Assembly: GCA_964016885.1 (NCBI GenBank)
Contig: OZ024743.1
Coordinates: 47,616,001 to 47,680,000 of the forward strand
DNA from: Eledone cirrhosa
Taxonomy: Eukaryota
DNA: 64,000 bases
Direction: 5' to 3'
Positions 40,900-53,755 of the stretch are shown here, one piece after another. The notes under the pieces were generated by a model. It worked only from the letters and a program-made list of their open reading frames with translations. It had not been told where the DNA came from and did no database searches. Within the stretch, counting starts at the first letter, position 1. Every line of letters begins with the position of its first letter. Position numbers and translations under genes: made by a program.

Positions 40900-41540
40900 T
40901 TGTACCTATTTATTGGATAGGCCACATTGAGCGGGCCCATTGAGACTCTGCCATGACCTCCAAATCTGCGAGCCACAGAAATGTCGCTGCGGATCAACCA
41001 TAGATTCTTTCGGCCTCCACCCACTGTCCTGTCCCTACAGTGCCAGATGCCTTCCACACCATGCTGCTTTCAACGAGATCATAAAGCATGGCTTCGATGC
41101 TGCAGACTTCCCCTCTCAGCTCGAGCCAGTGGTGCTGGACCGAGGGGACACCAGAAGGCTAGGTGGCATGACCATCTTTCCATCCTCTGGTGATAAACCC
41201 TTCATCTGGGATACAGCATGCAGCGGCAACCTGGTGTAGTCTGCGACTAACCCAGGCTCGGCTGCACTTCGGGCTGAGGAAGGTAAACCCTCCAAATATC
41301 AGTCGCTCTCCAACAGGTTTGTAGTTGAGCCCATAGTAGTGGAGACTTCTGGTGTCATTGGCCCTAGGACCACCTCCCTACTCACCACCATCAGCATGGT
41401 GTTGGCTACCTGCAGGTGTGAGCCTGGCGAGTTGGAATGGCTCTTCCAGCGCGTCTCCCTCACCATCCTCCGGAGAAACGCCTTCTCTATTCTGTCCACC
41501 AGGACTGCGAGCACGTGGACTCCCATTTGCATGTAATAAC
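40900..41540 (+). mobile_element. CRE-like non-LTR retrotransposon 3' end (zinc knuckle plus restriction-like endonuclease), decayed
   Basis: CRCG..D..GLH.LSC, LEP..LDRGD.RR..G.TIFP..G.P..WD, AEE.K..KY..L, P.VVETSG..GP and LFQRVSLTI.R.NA.SIL match the CRE-type C-terminus as recalled. Confidence 0.75.
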
Positions 41541-43195
41541 GAGAGATGGGGAGAGCAAGAGAGAGTGTGTGTCAGAGGAAGAACATCAACATTCACACAC
41601 TTGAATCATTGGATAATGTAGTGACTGATATACAAAAAGAAGGTTGTCACAGCTGTAATATCTTTGATGATGGGTCTGCTGGATAGAAGCTGAACTTTTG
41701 CTAGACTACAATAACTTGAAACTTGTCTCAGAACAATGGAGGAGGAAGATGGTTTGTTTATATCAACCCTCCCCTCATCATTGTCACACTAGTTTTTGAC
41801 TGTGAGACAGACATGTTTATTTGCAAACAACTCTCAGGTGCAAATGCTGTCAGTTAAAAGTTCCACCTACTAAACACTAGTAGGATTATGAAGGAGTTAA
41901 TGTGCCATTTCAGGGCCTTCCCCTTCAAAGCTTTTTTTTTTTTTTTTTTTTGCCTTTCATTGATATGAGGCTCCACTACTGAACTTCTTCCTCTAGCCAC
42001 TTCCACTGTCTCTTTTTAACTTTTTTTATACCAAACTGCCTAAAACTACCCTGAATTTATGATACAAGACTGTTCATTTTAAAATGTTTCTCTTTATATT
42101 AAAACCTTCAATCATAATTTTATTTTAGAAATATTTGTCAAGTAATGTACTAAATATCAGCTTAATAATGAGGAATTTAGTTATTTTATTGAACTCCAAA
42201 TGTTTTGGCAGTAAATTTCATTTGTAATATGGTAATGAAAGGGTTAACTCCATTGACTTTCTTCTCAACTATAGCTTGAATATCTTACATGATGGTTCTA
42301 CAGTGAACCAGGGCTAACTAAAATAAACATTGATTCATTCTGCTTCCTATTAATCCTCTACAGCCAACAGCTATTGGATAGTGTGTACCACCTTCTAACC
42401 AGCATGCTTTCATTCTTCAAGGTGTAAAAAAGACATGAAGGTGGCAAATTAGAACATCTAATAAAATAAAATGCTTTACGGTATTGATTTAAGCTTTCTG
42501 CTCGTTGAGTTCAAATTCCACAAAGGTCAACTTTGCCTTTCATCCTTTCAAGATGGATAAAGTACCAGTCCTTTACTGAGTTGATTCTTCCTTTATATCT
42601 CTTACTCTTTCTCTCTAGAAGAAATTAGCTGTGTTCTGACCTGGAGAGAGATGGGCTCCATTAGGAGTTAAGGGACTGTGGCTGGAAGAGAGACATGATA
42701 TAGAAATGTGTATCTCTTTGTTCATGCTAGTAGTGTGACGAATGTTTATTTAAAGACATGACATGTATATCCTTGTCTCTCTAATATTGAGACCAATGTT
42801 TATTTAAAGACATAACACTAGAAATGTAAACTCTCTGGCACTATGACATGTGACACTTAGTATATGTTTTCAATGTAAATATGGTTTACTTCAATGGTTA
42901 GATATGGAAGTTTTGTCATTTTGTTTATTTTATTTACTGCAACTTTTACCCTGATAACAAACAACGGTAATTTACTCAGTTTAACTACATATGTGTTGGT
43001 GTGTAACATGGTACAAACTCAAAGATAACTAAAAGTTAAAACTTCAGACTTTTAACTTAGTTTAACTAAACAATAGTTGTAACAAATGTTTTTAATATCT
43101 CTTGTTGTAGCAATATTTATTTACTGTCCTATCCTTTAACCTAAATCTACCTGTACTGTCTGTCCAGGTTAAATATTAATGGTATATATTAATAT

Positions 43196-43570
43196 TAATG
43201 AAGCAAGCATGCTCCGTTGGATGTGCAATGCCAATGTGCATGAACGACCAAGCATAGATGAGTTGAGAGAGAAACTGGGTATAAGAGGGATAAGTTGTGG
43301 TGTGCGGGAGAGAAGACTGTGATGTTATGGACATGTGATGCACATGGAGGATGACTGCTGGGTAAAGAAGTGCCAAGAAATCCCAGTAGAAGGAAGACGC
43401 AGTAGAGGAAGACCATGAAAAACATGGGCGGAGGTGGTGAGAGCAGACCTCAGATCGTTGAAGCTCACGGAGGAGATGACGAAGGACCGTGACAAGTGGA
43501 GAGATGCTGTGCTGAATAGGACCCATCCCACCCTTGCAAGCAGGGAAAAAAGGACATAAAATGATGATGA
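43196..43570 (+). mobile_element. RTE 3' fragment
   Basis: Same subfamily as 37470-37918; ends cccttgcaagcaggg...(gat)n. Confidence 0.87.
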
Positions 43571-43878
43571 CAATGAAATGCCAGATTCCACTTTTCTCAA
43601 CTCACTTCAGCTAAGTTTTTATCATATTGGCCATGTTTATCACAAACAATATCATCCTAGTTTTTATGTCCACTTTTCCATGTTGGCATTGATTTGATGA
43701 GATATTTTTTTTTTTATGAGGCAGTATTTTATGGCTGATGCAAGACATTTAAAAATATTTTTTTTAAGTAAGCTATTTTTTTTTTTTTTCACTAAACTTC
43801 ACATGTCAAACTGCTGGAACAGAAACTAATATCACCAGCTGTCCAAGAATCGGTGTGAAGGCATGTGAGACATATATG

Positions 43879-43917
<39 letters not shown>

Positions 43918-45017
43918 ATGAAAGGTATAGAAAGTATATATTATATATAACAGGCTTCCACACAGTTCTCATCTACCAAATTCACTCACAATGTATTGGT
44001 CAACCTGAGACTAAGATAGAGAGACTTGCACAAGATATCTTGCAGTGGAATCAAACCAGAAACCATGTGGTTGTTAAGCAAACTTTGTAACCACATAGCC
44101 ATATTTATTATATGCCTATTCAGTTAACTCCCCAACTTTTCATAAATCATGTCATATCTATCCATTGTAAATGGTCTAGATTCATTAATCTTATAGGGTC
44201 CCTCAGTCATGGCTGACTATGGTATGTTCCACTCCAAGAAATAACCCAAGGTAAAGTGTTTTGTGGAAGACCTGCAGTTGCCCTTGCATGCAAGTCTCTG
44301 CTCTGTACATCTCTTATGTTGTCCAAGGGAAAGACAAAGGTTGATGTAGCTTGGCAGTAGTGTCATTGCAGGTGACCTCAGAATGCAGAAGGCTAAAAGA
44401 AGTAGATAAAGGCTTCTTTCCACCACCCTGAACTGGTATTATCATCCCCAAAAAGGATGAAAGACAAAGTTGATTTGAACTGAGAGTTCAGAGACAGAAT
44501 GAACACAATTAAGCATTTTAATCCAATGCTTTAATGATTCTGCCAATTTGCTGCCTTATTCTAATTATTCATTCACCATCTCACACCTATCCATTGTAAA
44601 TGGTACTCTCCATTCATTGACCATTTCCCTGTTGTAAACATGACACTTCATATAGTCTGTGTTTTGTTTTTTTGTGAAGAAGGAAACTGTTCATTATTAA
44701 CAGAATTGGCATTTCTCTGAACTTACACCCTCTCAAAACCTCATTACTGCAATTACTAATTTTTCTTCCACCACTAATTATCTTCCCTGCATAACCTATC
44801 TACCACTTGCAGTGAGTCATCTAAGCAACTCATGGATTTAGATTAAATGTTGTTGCTGCTGCTACTAATACTGGTGCTGTTAAGTATACTTCAATGAATA
44901 TAGTACACTTAATGTTTTGATTTCTCTTTAATCAGTATTAGTCTACCTGTAGCTGTAATTATTTATACATTCACTGTATTAATGTATTTCCTACTTCCTT
45001 CCTCTAGTGAATGCAAC

Positions 45018-45760
45018 ATGGCTGAATGGTTAAAAAGTTCACTTCACAATCATTAGGTCTTGGGTTCAGTTCCACAGCATGGCACCTTGGGCATGTGTCA
45101 TTTACCTCAGCCTCTGGTCAGCCTACATCTTGTTCATAAAATTGGGTAGACAGAAATTATTAGGAAGCCTGTTGGAATGAGTGTACCTGTAATTCAAAGG
45201 GCCAGCCTTGCCACACAGTGTGTCACACTGAATTTCTCTGCAAGTTAACATAAGGTTACACATGTCTGAAATACTCAACCACTTACACATTAATTTCGTA
45301 ATCAGGCTGTTCAATTGAAAACTCAGTGGAGACCAATGGAGGTTCACTCAACTTTCTCTGTATTCAGTGGTAACAATGGGCCCTTTGGTCTTTACTCTGG
45401 CCATCATCAAGATTTATGATTCAAAAGTTTGTCCATTCTTCCCATTTCAAAACAACTTTAATTTGTCAATAGATCCTGGTTAAAAAGTTCACTTTGCAAT
45501 CATGCGGTCCTGGGTTCAGTCTCACTGCATGGCATCTTGAGAAAGTGTTATTTAACATAGCCTTAGGTTGACCCAATGTGAGTGAAATTGGGTAGATCTT
45601 GGCCAGATGGTTAAGTTGGCTTTGCAATCATAAGGTACTAGGTTTAAACCCAACTAGGTCTAAACAGCATCTTGGACAAATGTCATTTACCAAAGCCTTG
45701 AGTCAACCCAAGCCATGCGAGTGAAATTGGGTAAAAGGAAACTTTTTTTGAAGCCCATTG
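45018..45760 (+). mobile_element. Cluster of a second tRNA-derived SINE family (tggttaa..gggttcagtcccactgcatggcaccttgggcaagtg; CORE-like)
   Basis: Three diverged copies here; others at about 2331-2470 and 7527-7670 (+), 38480-38625 and 43950-44100 (-). Confidence 0.65.
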
Positions 45761-46332
45761 GATGGAATGTACCTGGAATTCAATAATTTCAAGAGCAAGC
45801 TGTTTCATTGATCAAACAACTGGATTACACACCTTTGAAACTAATAGAGGTCCAATTCATTCCAGATCCTACTGTTAAAACCAGGTCATCAGCTTAACAA
45901 AAGTTCCTGTGAGCATGTATTCTGTGGTTTTATCAATCTCTAGAAAGAAAGGTATAGAGCTACAGAGCTTTGTAATTATCTGCCTGGGTACTATTAGTCC
46001 ACCTCTCACACCAGCTAATCAGTATAAAGCTCATACAGACATCTTAGTTTGTATAAAGTCACTTTCTGACACTCTCCACAGACGTACTCTCTCTTTTCTT
46101 TATTATTGCTACTCCAATGGTCTCTGTTAGTTAGCCACACATGTCTTATACATTGTATAACCATCATTAGCTCGTTAACACCTTATATATTCTATACTAT
46201 AATTAACTGGCCACACATCTTACATATTGCTTATATGCTGTCATTTCATCCATAAGGCATTGGTATGACAAATATTATAGAAGTTATTTATAATACAAAT
46301 ATTGTATTACAATGAGAGGATGTCAAAACGAA

Positions 46333-46403
46333 ATTGACATACCCTCATTGTAATTGTCATACCCTCATTGACATACCCTCATTGACATACCCTCATTGTC
46401 AAT
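46333..46403 (+). repeat. Short tandem repeat (ttgacataccctca)
   Basis: Four cataccctcattg cores. Confidence 0.85.
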
Positions 46404-47641
46404 TCACTTTAATTTTCCAAGTACTAATATCGAACTATGGCCAAATTATCTATAGCTTAATCTCTCTTAAATCATACTCTGTTGTCTGAAAGAAAGGATA
46501 CAATAGATAATGAAGTCGTAATTATGATCTGAAAATTAAACAGAAAAGCAGATGGTCACGGTTGGAACACCTTTAATCATACATTGGTCTGGTGGAGCAA
46601 TACTTAAACTGCCTAAAGTTGATGCAGTAAAGAGAAATAAACTGTTATTAAATTGAATTACCTCCCTTCTCAATCGATGGCCACACTTCAAAATAGTTAT
46701 CTATCCATATTGTCATGGGATGAACCAATTTACTGAAGAGAGTGTGTTCTTTCTCCCTTTGGGATTTATCGAGGTTGTTCACAAAATTCAAGTTGATCAC
46801 TAACACTGATTTCTGAATATGTGAGTGAGTGTACATATATGTAGTTATTGCTTAGTATATGAGGCTGTCTTGGATGGATCAGGAGACCAAGTCACACTCA
46901 TACATTCCAATTTTACTATGATTTTTATGGCTGGATAACCTTCCTGACACCAGAATTATGACAGGTTTTAGTTTAAATTTGAACATTTTAAAATAGAACT
47001 AAGGGTAATATTTTAAAGCACTTCTCTTCTTCCTGGTCAGTTTTATCAAATTTATTTCAACATACAGTCTTGTTTTTTAATCTTAAGTACAAAAAATACT
47101 TAGAGCTCAGACAGGATTTAAACTCAAAATTGTCTGGCCATAAATTGCCCAGTAGAACACTATTAAAATCACTATATTCGTACTGTGTACCACATGAATC
47201 GGAATTAAACACTACTGTTTAATTTTTTTGTCTCAATATTTTTAATGAATAGAACTGCCCATGTATTATAATGAATTTGGAAGTATTTAGTAATTTAATT
47301 AACCTTCTTATTAAACTGATATTTTGAACAGTTTCTTGCATAAAATTATGATGGAAGAATTTTAGATAAGTATAAACACTTTAAAACATAGTCACATATA
47401 GAAACAGGAAGGTTGTTGGGGGTTATTTTTAAAATAATACTGTTACTTTTTTAAAAGTGAAATCAAAATCTGTTTTACCATAAATAAAGTGTGATTTACA
47501 AATTACCTCTTTTGATATAAAACTGATTTTATAATATTAGACTATCTTTTAAAGTGTTTATATTTATCTAAAAATATTCCATCATAATTTTATATAAAAA
47601 TCTTTGTTCCAAGCACCAACTTAATGATGGGGAAGTTAGTT

Positions 47642-48733
47642 ATAAATAATCATTTATTATTTTCAAAATGGTTTGAAAATCTTGTAGTATTTTTCATTAG
47701 AAATATGGTATTAGAAGGGTTAAAGCAAGCCTTTACATCATCCAGTTTGTGAATTTTAATAAAAATTATTTCCTTCCTTTGTCATGTACCTGTGTACTTA
47801 TTCAGCAATAAATAAAACAAAAAACATTTTGTTTTATTTATTGCTGAATAAGTACACAGGTACATGACAAAGGAAGGAAATAATTTTTATTAAAATTCAC
47901 AAACTGGATGATGTAAAGGCTTGCTTTAACCCTTCTAATACCATATTTCTAATGAAAAATACTACAAGATTTTCAAACCATTTTGAAAATAATAAATGAT
48001 TATTTATGGTATTAGAAGGGTTAAAGCAAGCCTTTACATCATCCAGTTTGTGAATTTTAATAAAAATTATTTCCTTCCTTTGTCATGTACCTGTGTACTT
48101 ATTCAGCAATAAATAAAACAAAAAACATTTTGTTTTATTTATTGCTGAATAAGTACACAGGTACATGACAAAGGAAGGAAATAATTTTTATTAAAATTCA
48201 CAAACTGGATGATGTAAAGGCTTGCTTTAACCCTTCTAATACCATATTTCTAATGAAAAATACTACAAGATTTTCAAACCATTTTGAAAATAATAAATGA
48301 TTATTTATGGTATTAGAAGGGTTAAAGCAAGCCTTTACATCATCCAGTTTGTGAATTTTAATAAAAATTATTTCCTTCCTTTGTCATGTACCTGTGTACT
48401 TATTCAGCAATAAATAAAACAAAAAACATTTTGTTTTATTTATTGCTGAATAAGTACACAGGTACATGACAAAGGAAGGAAATAATTTTTATTAAAATTC
48501 ACAAACTGGATGATGTAAAGGCTTGCTTTAACCCTTCTAATACCATATTTCTAATGAAAAATACTACAAGATTTTCAAACCATTTTGAAAATAATAAATG
48601 ATTATTTATGGTATTAGAAGGGTTAAAGCAAGCCTTTACATCATCCAGTTTGTGAATTTTAATAAAAATTATTTCCTTCCTTTGTCATGTACCTGTGTAC
48701 TTATTCAGCAATAAATAAAACAAAAAACATTTT
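47642..48733. repeat. Tandem inversion (fold-back) array: 4 forward and 3 inverted copies, period 301 bp
   Basis: tatggtattagaagg recurs at 47704, 48005, 48306 and 48607; 47642-47822 is the reverse complement of 47827-48007 around a 4-nt loop AACA. Confidence 0.95.
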
Positions 48734-50239
48734 ATGGTCATCTTCCGTTAAAGGAGGGTTTAGCCTTGCAGGCCCTATGTCAAGCTTCATACCCCTTATG
48801 GGGTCCTTTTTGAGATGGTTGGATGCCCTTCTTGGCATCAACTCTTTTAGTCACCTCAATACACAAGGATATGGTGTACCTATTCTAAAAGTATATTCAG
48901 CAATCAGTTCAAAGTGGATTGTTATTCCATGAGCAATAATAGTGTGTGTACTGATAAGTTACTTTATTGATATGTGCTTTGTTAGACCAGAATACAATCT
49001 ATGTTGAGTCACCACTACCAGTCAATCATGTGATCAGTTATGAAATCAATAAAGTTCTGTCTTCTACCATTAAACATTATATACAATAAAACACATAGTA
49101 TTTACCTTTTTTAAGATTTTATTCTGAAAGATTAACACTACTTTGATTATATTACCTAATTATTATTTCATTGCTTAGATTTTAATTTTAGAGCATGTTA
49201 GTTTTCTGATTTTGTTTTACTATTATTAAATCAATAAATCTATTTATTGATTGGGAGGGGGGGGGGGCTTTTGGTGAGGCATTTTAGCTTTTCAACTTTT
49301 GTTTGTTCTTTGTTCTTGATTAAATATATTTTTCATGTGTTGTTTACTTAGGACACAACTGCAGCTGTCAGCTTTTCCAATCTATAACTGATCAAAATAT
49401 GAGTATTGTAATTACTTAATATTTAATTATGTAACTATTTTTAGAATAATATTAACTTTAACTAATCATATTTCTGGAGTTATTTGGCTCCCTTTTGTTG
49501 TTTTATGTTTTTATACAGTTTAGTCAGGAAAGGGCAGTGCCCATAACCTTTTTTTTTTTTTTTTAAAAGCCTCCAAGAACTAGTATAAAGGTGAGAGGAA
49601 ATATCTACAAACCAGAGAACCAGTCTGAGGCAGTTGTTAAACCAAGCAACAGATTACATCTTTGTATTATTTTCCCCTTTCATTCCAACAGCCCCCATAC
49701 CACCCCCTTGCCTTCCGGCATACCCATTGAGTCTCTTGGCACACACACCCATAGCACACACTTTGGAAATTACTGGTTTACTTCATTGCCAGGGTAAAAG
49801 CTATATATATATATAGTTATTACAACTGTGTAAAATATACACTAGGTTGGTTTATTATCTGGCTTGAATATTAGTCATATATTTTAGTATCCAATCAAAA
49901 CATGGTCCTCTAACCCATTTAGAAGGGCAGTAACTCTGAATACAAACTTGTTTCGTTCATGATTACCTGTCTAACATAGAAGGTGGACATAAAATAATCA
50001 TAAATTTGTTTTCTAAAAGAATTTTCGATTCATTTAATGTCTTATTAAATTGTCTATAAAATATGGGTATGATCTTTGTGATTTTTAGATCATCCTATAA
50101 GGAATCCACAACAAAATGAGTGTGGGACCACTGCTCTGGAAATATGATCAAATAATCCAATTGAAAGGCTGTGTAAATAAAAACAAAAGATATCAATAAT
50201 CCAGTTTATCTTATCCATCTCATTTCAGAAATATTAAAC

Positions 50240-50458
50240 TCTGTGTGTCATATGTACTATATTATTCTATGGAAGTATGTAGCTATTTGTGTGTCATATA
50301 CACTATATTATATGGAAATATATAGCTATGTGTGTCATACACTATATTCTATGGAAGTATGTAGCTATCTGTGTCTCATATACACTATATTCTATGGAAC
50401 TTTGTAGCTATCTGTGTGCTATATACACTATATTATTCTATGCAACTATGTAGCTATT
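50240..50458 (+). repeat. About 44-bp minisatellite x5 just upstream of an ARL8 acceptor
   Basis: Repeated tgtgtcatatacactatatt(a)ctatggaa.tatgtagcta. Confidence 0.85.
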
Positions 50459-50497
50459 TGCTTTCTTTCCTGCTTTCACTTCTGTTTTCAATTTCAG

Positions 50498-50659
50498 TTA
50501 TATGGTAGATGCCGCTGACCTGGAGAAGACGGAGGCATCAAGAAATGAGTTGCATAATTTACTTGACAAGCCACAGTTACAGGGTATTCCTGTGTTGGTG
50601 TTGGGAAACAAACGAGATTTGCCCCGAGCTCTAGATGAGAAAGATCTTATTGAAAAAAT
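50498..50659 (+). CDS. ARL8: ARL8 coding exon ([54 protein letters not shown]; NKxD G4 motif)
   Basis: Manual translation; polypyrimidine tract plus tttcag acceptor, gtaagt donor; 162 nt, in frame with flanking exons. Confidence 0.96.
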
Positions 50660-50680
50660 GTAAGTTAAAATATAATTGTT

Positions 50681-50846
50681 TTAACTCTTTAACATTTACG
50701 TTACTCTATATTTACTATTGTATTTTCACAAAGGTTTTACCTCACATAATATCGAATCTATGAGATTATGATATTTATTTTGAGAACAATACCTTAACAT
50801 CAGTATGAGCAGCTGGATACAGTTGGTTTAAATGCTAAATGGTTAA
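50681..50846 (+). mobile_element. piggyBac-like MITE, internally shortened
   Basis: TTAA-flanked with the same TIRs and body as 32947-33153. Confidence 0.72.
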
Positions 50847-51351
50847 AGGCCCATTTTTCTTGATGACAGAAACTGCAACATATTTTTTATGTTGTATCTT
50901 CTGGAATACAATTTCAGTTTCATCCATTTTCACTTAACAAGCATCATTGTTTTAAAGGTCCATTTATCTATGTTGTATGATCTGTGAACCCCAATGTTCT
51001 GCAGGTAACATACGACTATTTCATCAAATATTTTTGTTGGTCTGCTTTTTTCTTTATGTTCTGATTTCAAATCCCAACAAGGTCAACTTTGTCTTTCATC
51101 CTTCTGAATTCAAAAAAATATAATACCAGTTAAGTACTGGAGTCGATTTAATTACCCCCACCCCCCAATTACTGGCCTTGTGCCTAAATTAAAAATTAAG
51201 TTAGACTTTGAAGTATAACTTAAAGGTTCTTGCATAAAATTATGATGGAAGGTTTTTAGATAAATATAAACAGTTTAAAACAAAGTTTCATATTGTAGAA
51301 CCTGTTACCATAAACCATTACTAGTTCCACTCCCAGTTTCTAAGTATGTCA

Positions 51352-51610
51352 CATCATCATCATCATCATCGTTTAACGTCCATCTTCCATGCTTGCATGG
51401 GTTTGGACGGGAGTTTTCCCACTTGAGTGGTTGTCTTGCTCGCATAGGACTGTCTGGCGGGTTTTCTACGGCTGGATGCCCTTCCTAACACCAACCACGT
51501 TTACAGTGTGGACTGGGAGGTTTTTACCGTGTTACCTACACGGCCACATTACAGCGTGGGCTGTGTTTTTTTGTCGTGACACCTACACGACCTCATTTGT
51601 TTCGGACTGG
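51352..51610 (-). mobile_element. RTE 3' UTR-only fragment
   Basis: Reverse complement closely matches 36915-37166. Confidence 0.82.
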
Positions 51611-52013
51611 ATGTTGTGAAAAACACAATTTATCTCCTACTTCCAGCAAGTTATTCAAGCAGTTTCTAGTTGCCTATCTTACTAATTATACCACATTTTG
51701 TACACCTACACTTTTTTCTTGTTTGTTACTTTAGAATGGGCATGTGATGAAAATTTTGCTTCACAATCACATTTGCAGGTTCAATCCAAGTGTTGCACCT
51801 TGGACAAGCATCTACTATAGCCTCAGGAGTAAAAATGGCCACCTGATTCAGGAATCAAACCCATGACCTTTTAATCACAAGCTCAACAGCCTAATCACTA
51901 GGCCTTCATTCCACCAAATGTAGAATTGAACCCATGACTTTGTAAGCCCAACACCCTAACAACTAGACCATTACCCTTGAGTTGACTAATTTTTTTTTTT
52001 TTTCTCTCATCAG

Positions 52014-52084
52014 GAATTTATCTGCTATTCAGGATAGAGAAATTTGTTGCTATTCCATATCATGTAAAGAAAAAGAAAACATAG
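52014..52084 (+). CDS. ARL8: ARL8 coding exon ([23 protein letters not shown]; G5 region)
   Basis: Poly-T tract plus catcag acceptor, gtaagt donor; 71 nt; typical ARL8 [13 protein letters not shown] motif. Confidence 0.96.
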
Positions 52085-52170
52085 GTAAGTCATACTATTT
52101 GGCATGTCTTTATATCATCATAATCATACTGACATGGGTTGAATAGATAGGCTACAGACCAAGTGACTGT

Positions 52171-52390
52171 TTAACCCTTTAGCATTTTCATTACTCTATA
52201 TTTACTATTGTATTTTCACGGTAAAGGCTTTACCTCACATATTTCACATAATATCGAATCTATGAGATTTTGATATTTATTTCTAGAACAATACCTTAAC
52301 ATAAATATGAGGAGTCAGTTAATGCTGGTTTGAAGAGAAAGGTGAGAGAATTCTGGCCGAATATTGCCGGTTTAAATGCTAAAGAGTTGA
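52171..52390 (+). mobile_element. piggyBac-like MITE
   Basis: TTAA|ccctttagcatttt ... taaatgctaaagag|ttga; body matches 32947-33153. Confidence 0.72.
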
Positions 52391-52924
52391 TTGGAGCTGC
52401 TGCCTCCTAGATGTGTCAGGGAATCACATCTTATTCAGATACAATACTTTCTGGCTTGATTTCTATGACAGGACGTCCTTCCTAATGCCAATCACTTTAA
52501 AGTATACTGGGTGCGTTTTTATTGTGGCACCAGCACTAGAGGTTCTCATGCCGTCAGTCTTCTTTAACCTGTTTTTTTAAATATATTTACCTTCACTTTA
52601 CAGTTTTAGTTGTTAGTTTGATAAGTTTGAAATTCCAGGCAGTTGCTGGAGTTTTATTTGTTGTTGTTCTTATTTGATGGCAAATTGGCACAGAAAAAAA
52701 ATTCTTTTGTAGTATTTGTTCTCTGTGAATTCTGAGTTCAAATCCTATATTGGTCAACTTTCTTTCATTCTTATGGAGTAGGTAAAGTATTAGTTCCGGT
52801 GTGGATTGATGGAATTGTCCAATCATCAGACATGCCTTACAGTATTTCTTCCATCTCTTTAGATTCTGCATTAAAACTCCTGATTTTCTGTATGTTTCAT
52901 CAGAATTTTCTTACATTATTTTCT

Positions 52925-53102
52925 CAGTATCAGTAGAGGGTCAGACACCATGCTTTGCAGCAAAGAGTTACGGCCCTTAATGGTCTTGGTTCAAATCCCG
53001 CCGAGGTTAACTTTGCCTTTCATCCTTACGGGGTCGATAAAATAAAGTACCAGTAATGTACTGGATAATTGCTGGCCTTGTGCCAAAAGTAGAAACAATT
53101 AT
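52925..53102 (+). mobile_element. tRNA-derived SINE, same family as 40105-40300
   Basis: Direct similarity; older copies at about 1655-1770, 3700-3870, 42500-42575, 51060-51190 and 57550-57760. Confidence 0.8.
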
Positions 53103-53114
53103 TTTCTCAAATTG

Positions 53115-53585
53115 CTATATTTATTTATTTATTTATTCAATTTAAACGTCGGTATAGAGCTAGTGAGCCATGACAGATTAATGGAAGTATTGAGTACTCC
53201 TTACAGTTGGTAATCAAAAAGATCTAGTGAGATAAGTAATAAAAAAGGGGGAAAATAAAATTTCAAATATTGAAGACAAATGGGAGGCAGATTATACTTA
53301 AGAAAAGGAAGGAAAATAGGAAAGAATGGAAGCTGTAAAACAAGTTTCTCTTGTTGGATATTTTCATAGCTTCCATGTACTCAAATATTATGTCTATTTT
53401 GTAGACCTTTAAACATATATTGAACTTCCAATGTTGGTAGTTTTTTTTTTAAGATTGGTTTCAACATGGCCTCTCTCTCAGACTGATAGTTTCTACATTG
53501 GAACAAATAGTGCCAAAGAGTTTCTGGAGAGTCACCACAAGAACATAGAGGTGAATCTCTACAACCTGTTCTTGGTAGAATGTTG
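53115..53585 (-). mobile_element. LINE 3' end with terminal CCHC knuckle (SPLCSCGDSPETLWHYLFQC), I-group-like, with AATAA-type tail
   Basis: ORF 53381..53623; (TTTA/TTTTA)n tail at about 53118-53137 on the + strand. Clade assignment is uncertain. Confidence 0.65.
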
Positions 53586-53699
53586 TTAAAAAATATAGGT
53601 CCACATCTAACTACAACACCCACCCATAAGAATAACCTTCATCTTTAAAAAAAATCACTGTTCCATTGTAATTTTCCATCATTTTCTTTTCTTTTTCAG

Positions 53700-53755
53700 A
53701 TATAACTTTGCAATGGTTGGTGCAACATTCAAAATCTGGTGGTCGATTAGGCTGA
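53700..53755 (+). CDS. ARL8: ARL8 last coding exon (DITLQWLVQHSKSGGRLG*)
   Basis: ttttcag acceptor; ITLQWL is the ARL8 C-terminal helix; TGA at 53753-53755. Confidence 0.94.

Noticed and set aside
47340-47595. Imperfect inverted repeat (about 47341-47393 vs 47540-47592) as part of the fold-back array
   Set aside because: Diverged, with related sequence at about 42060-42247 and 51230-51290, so an older dispersed TE pair rather than the recent perfect amplification.
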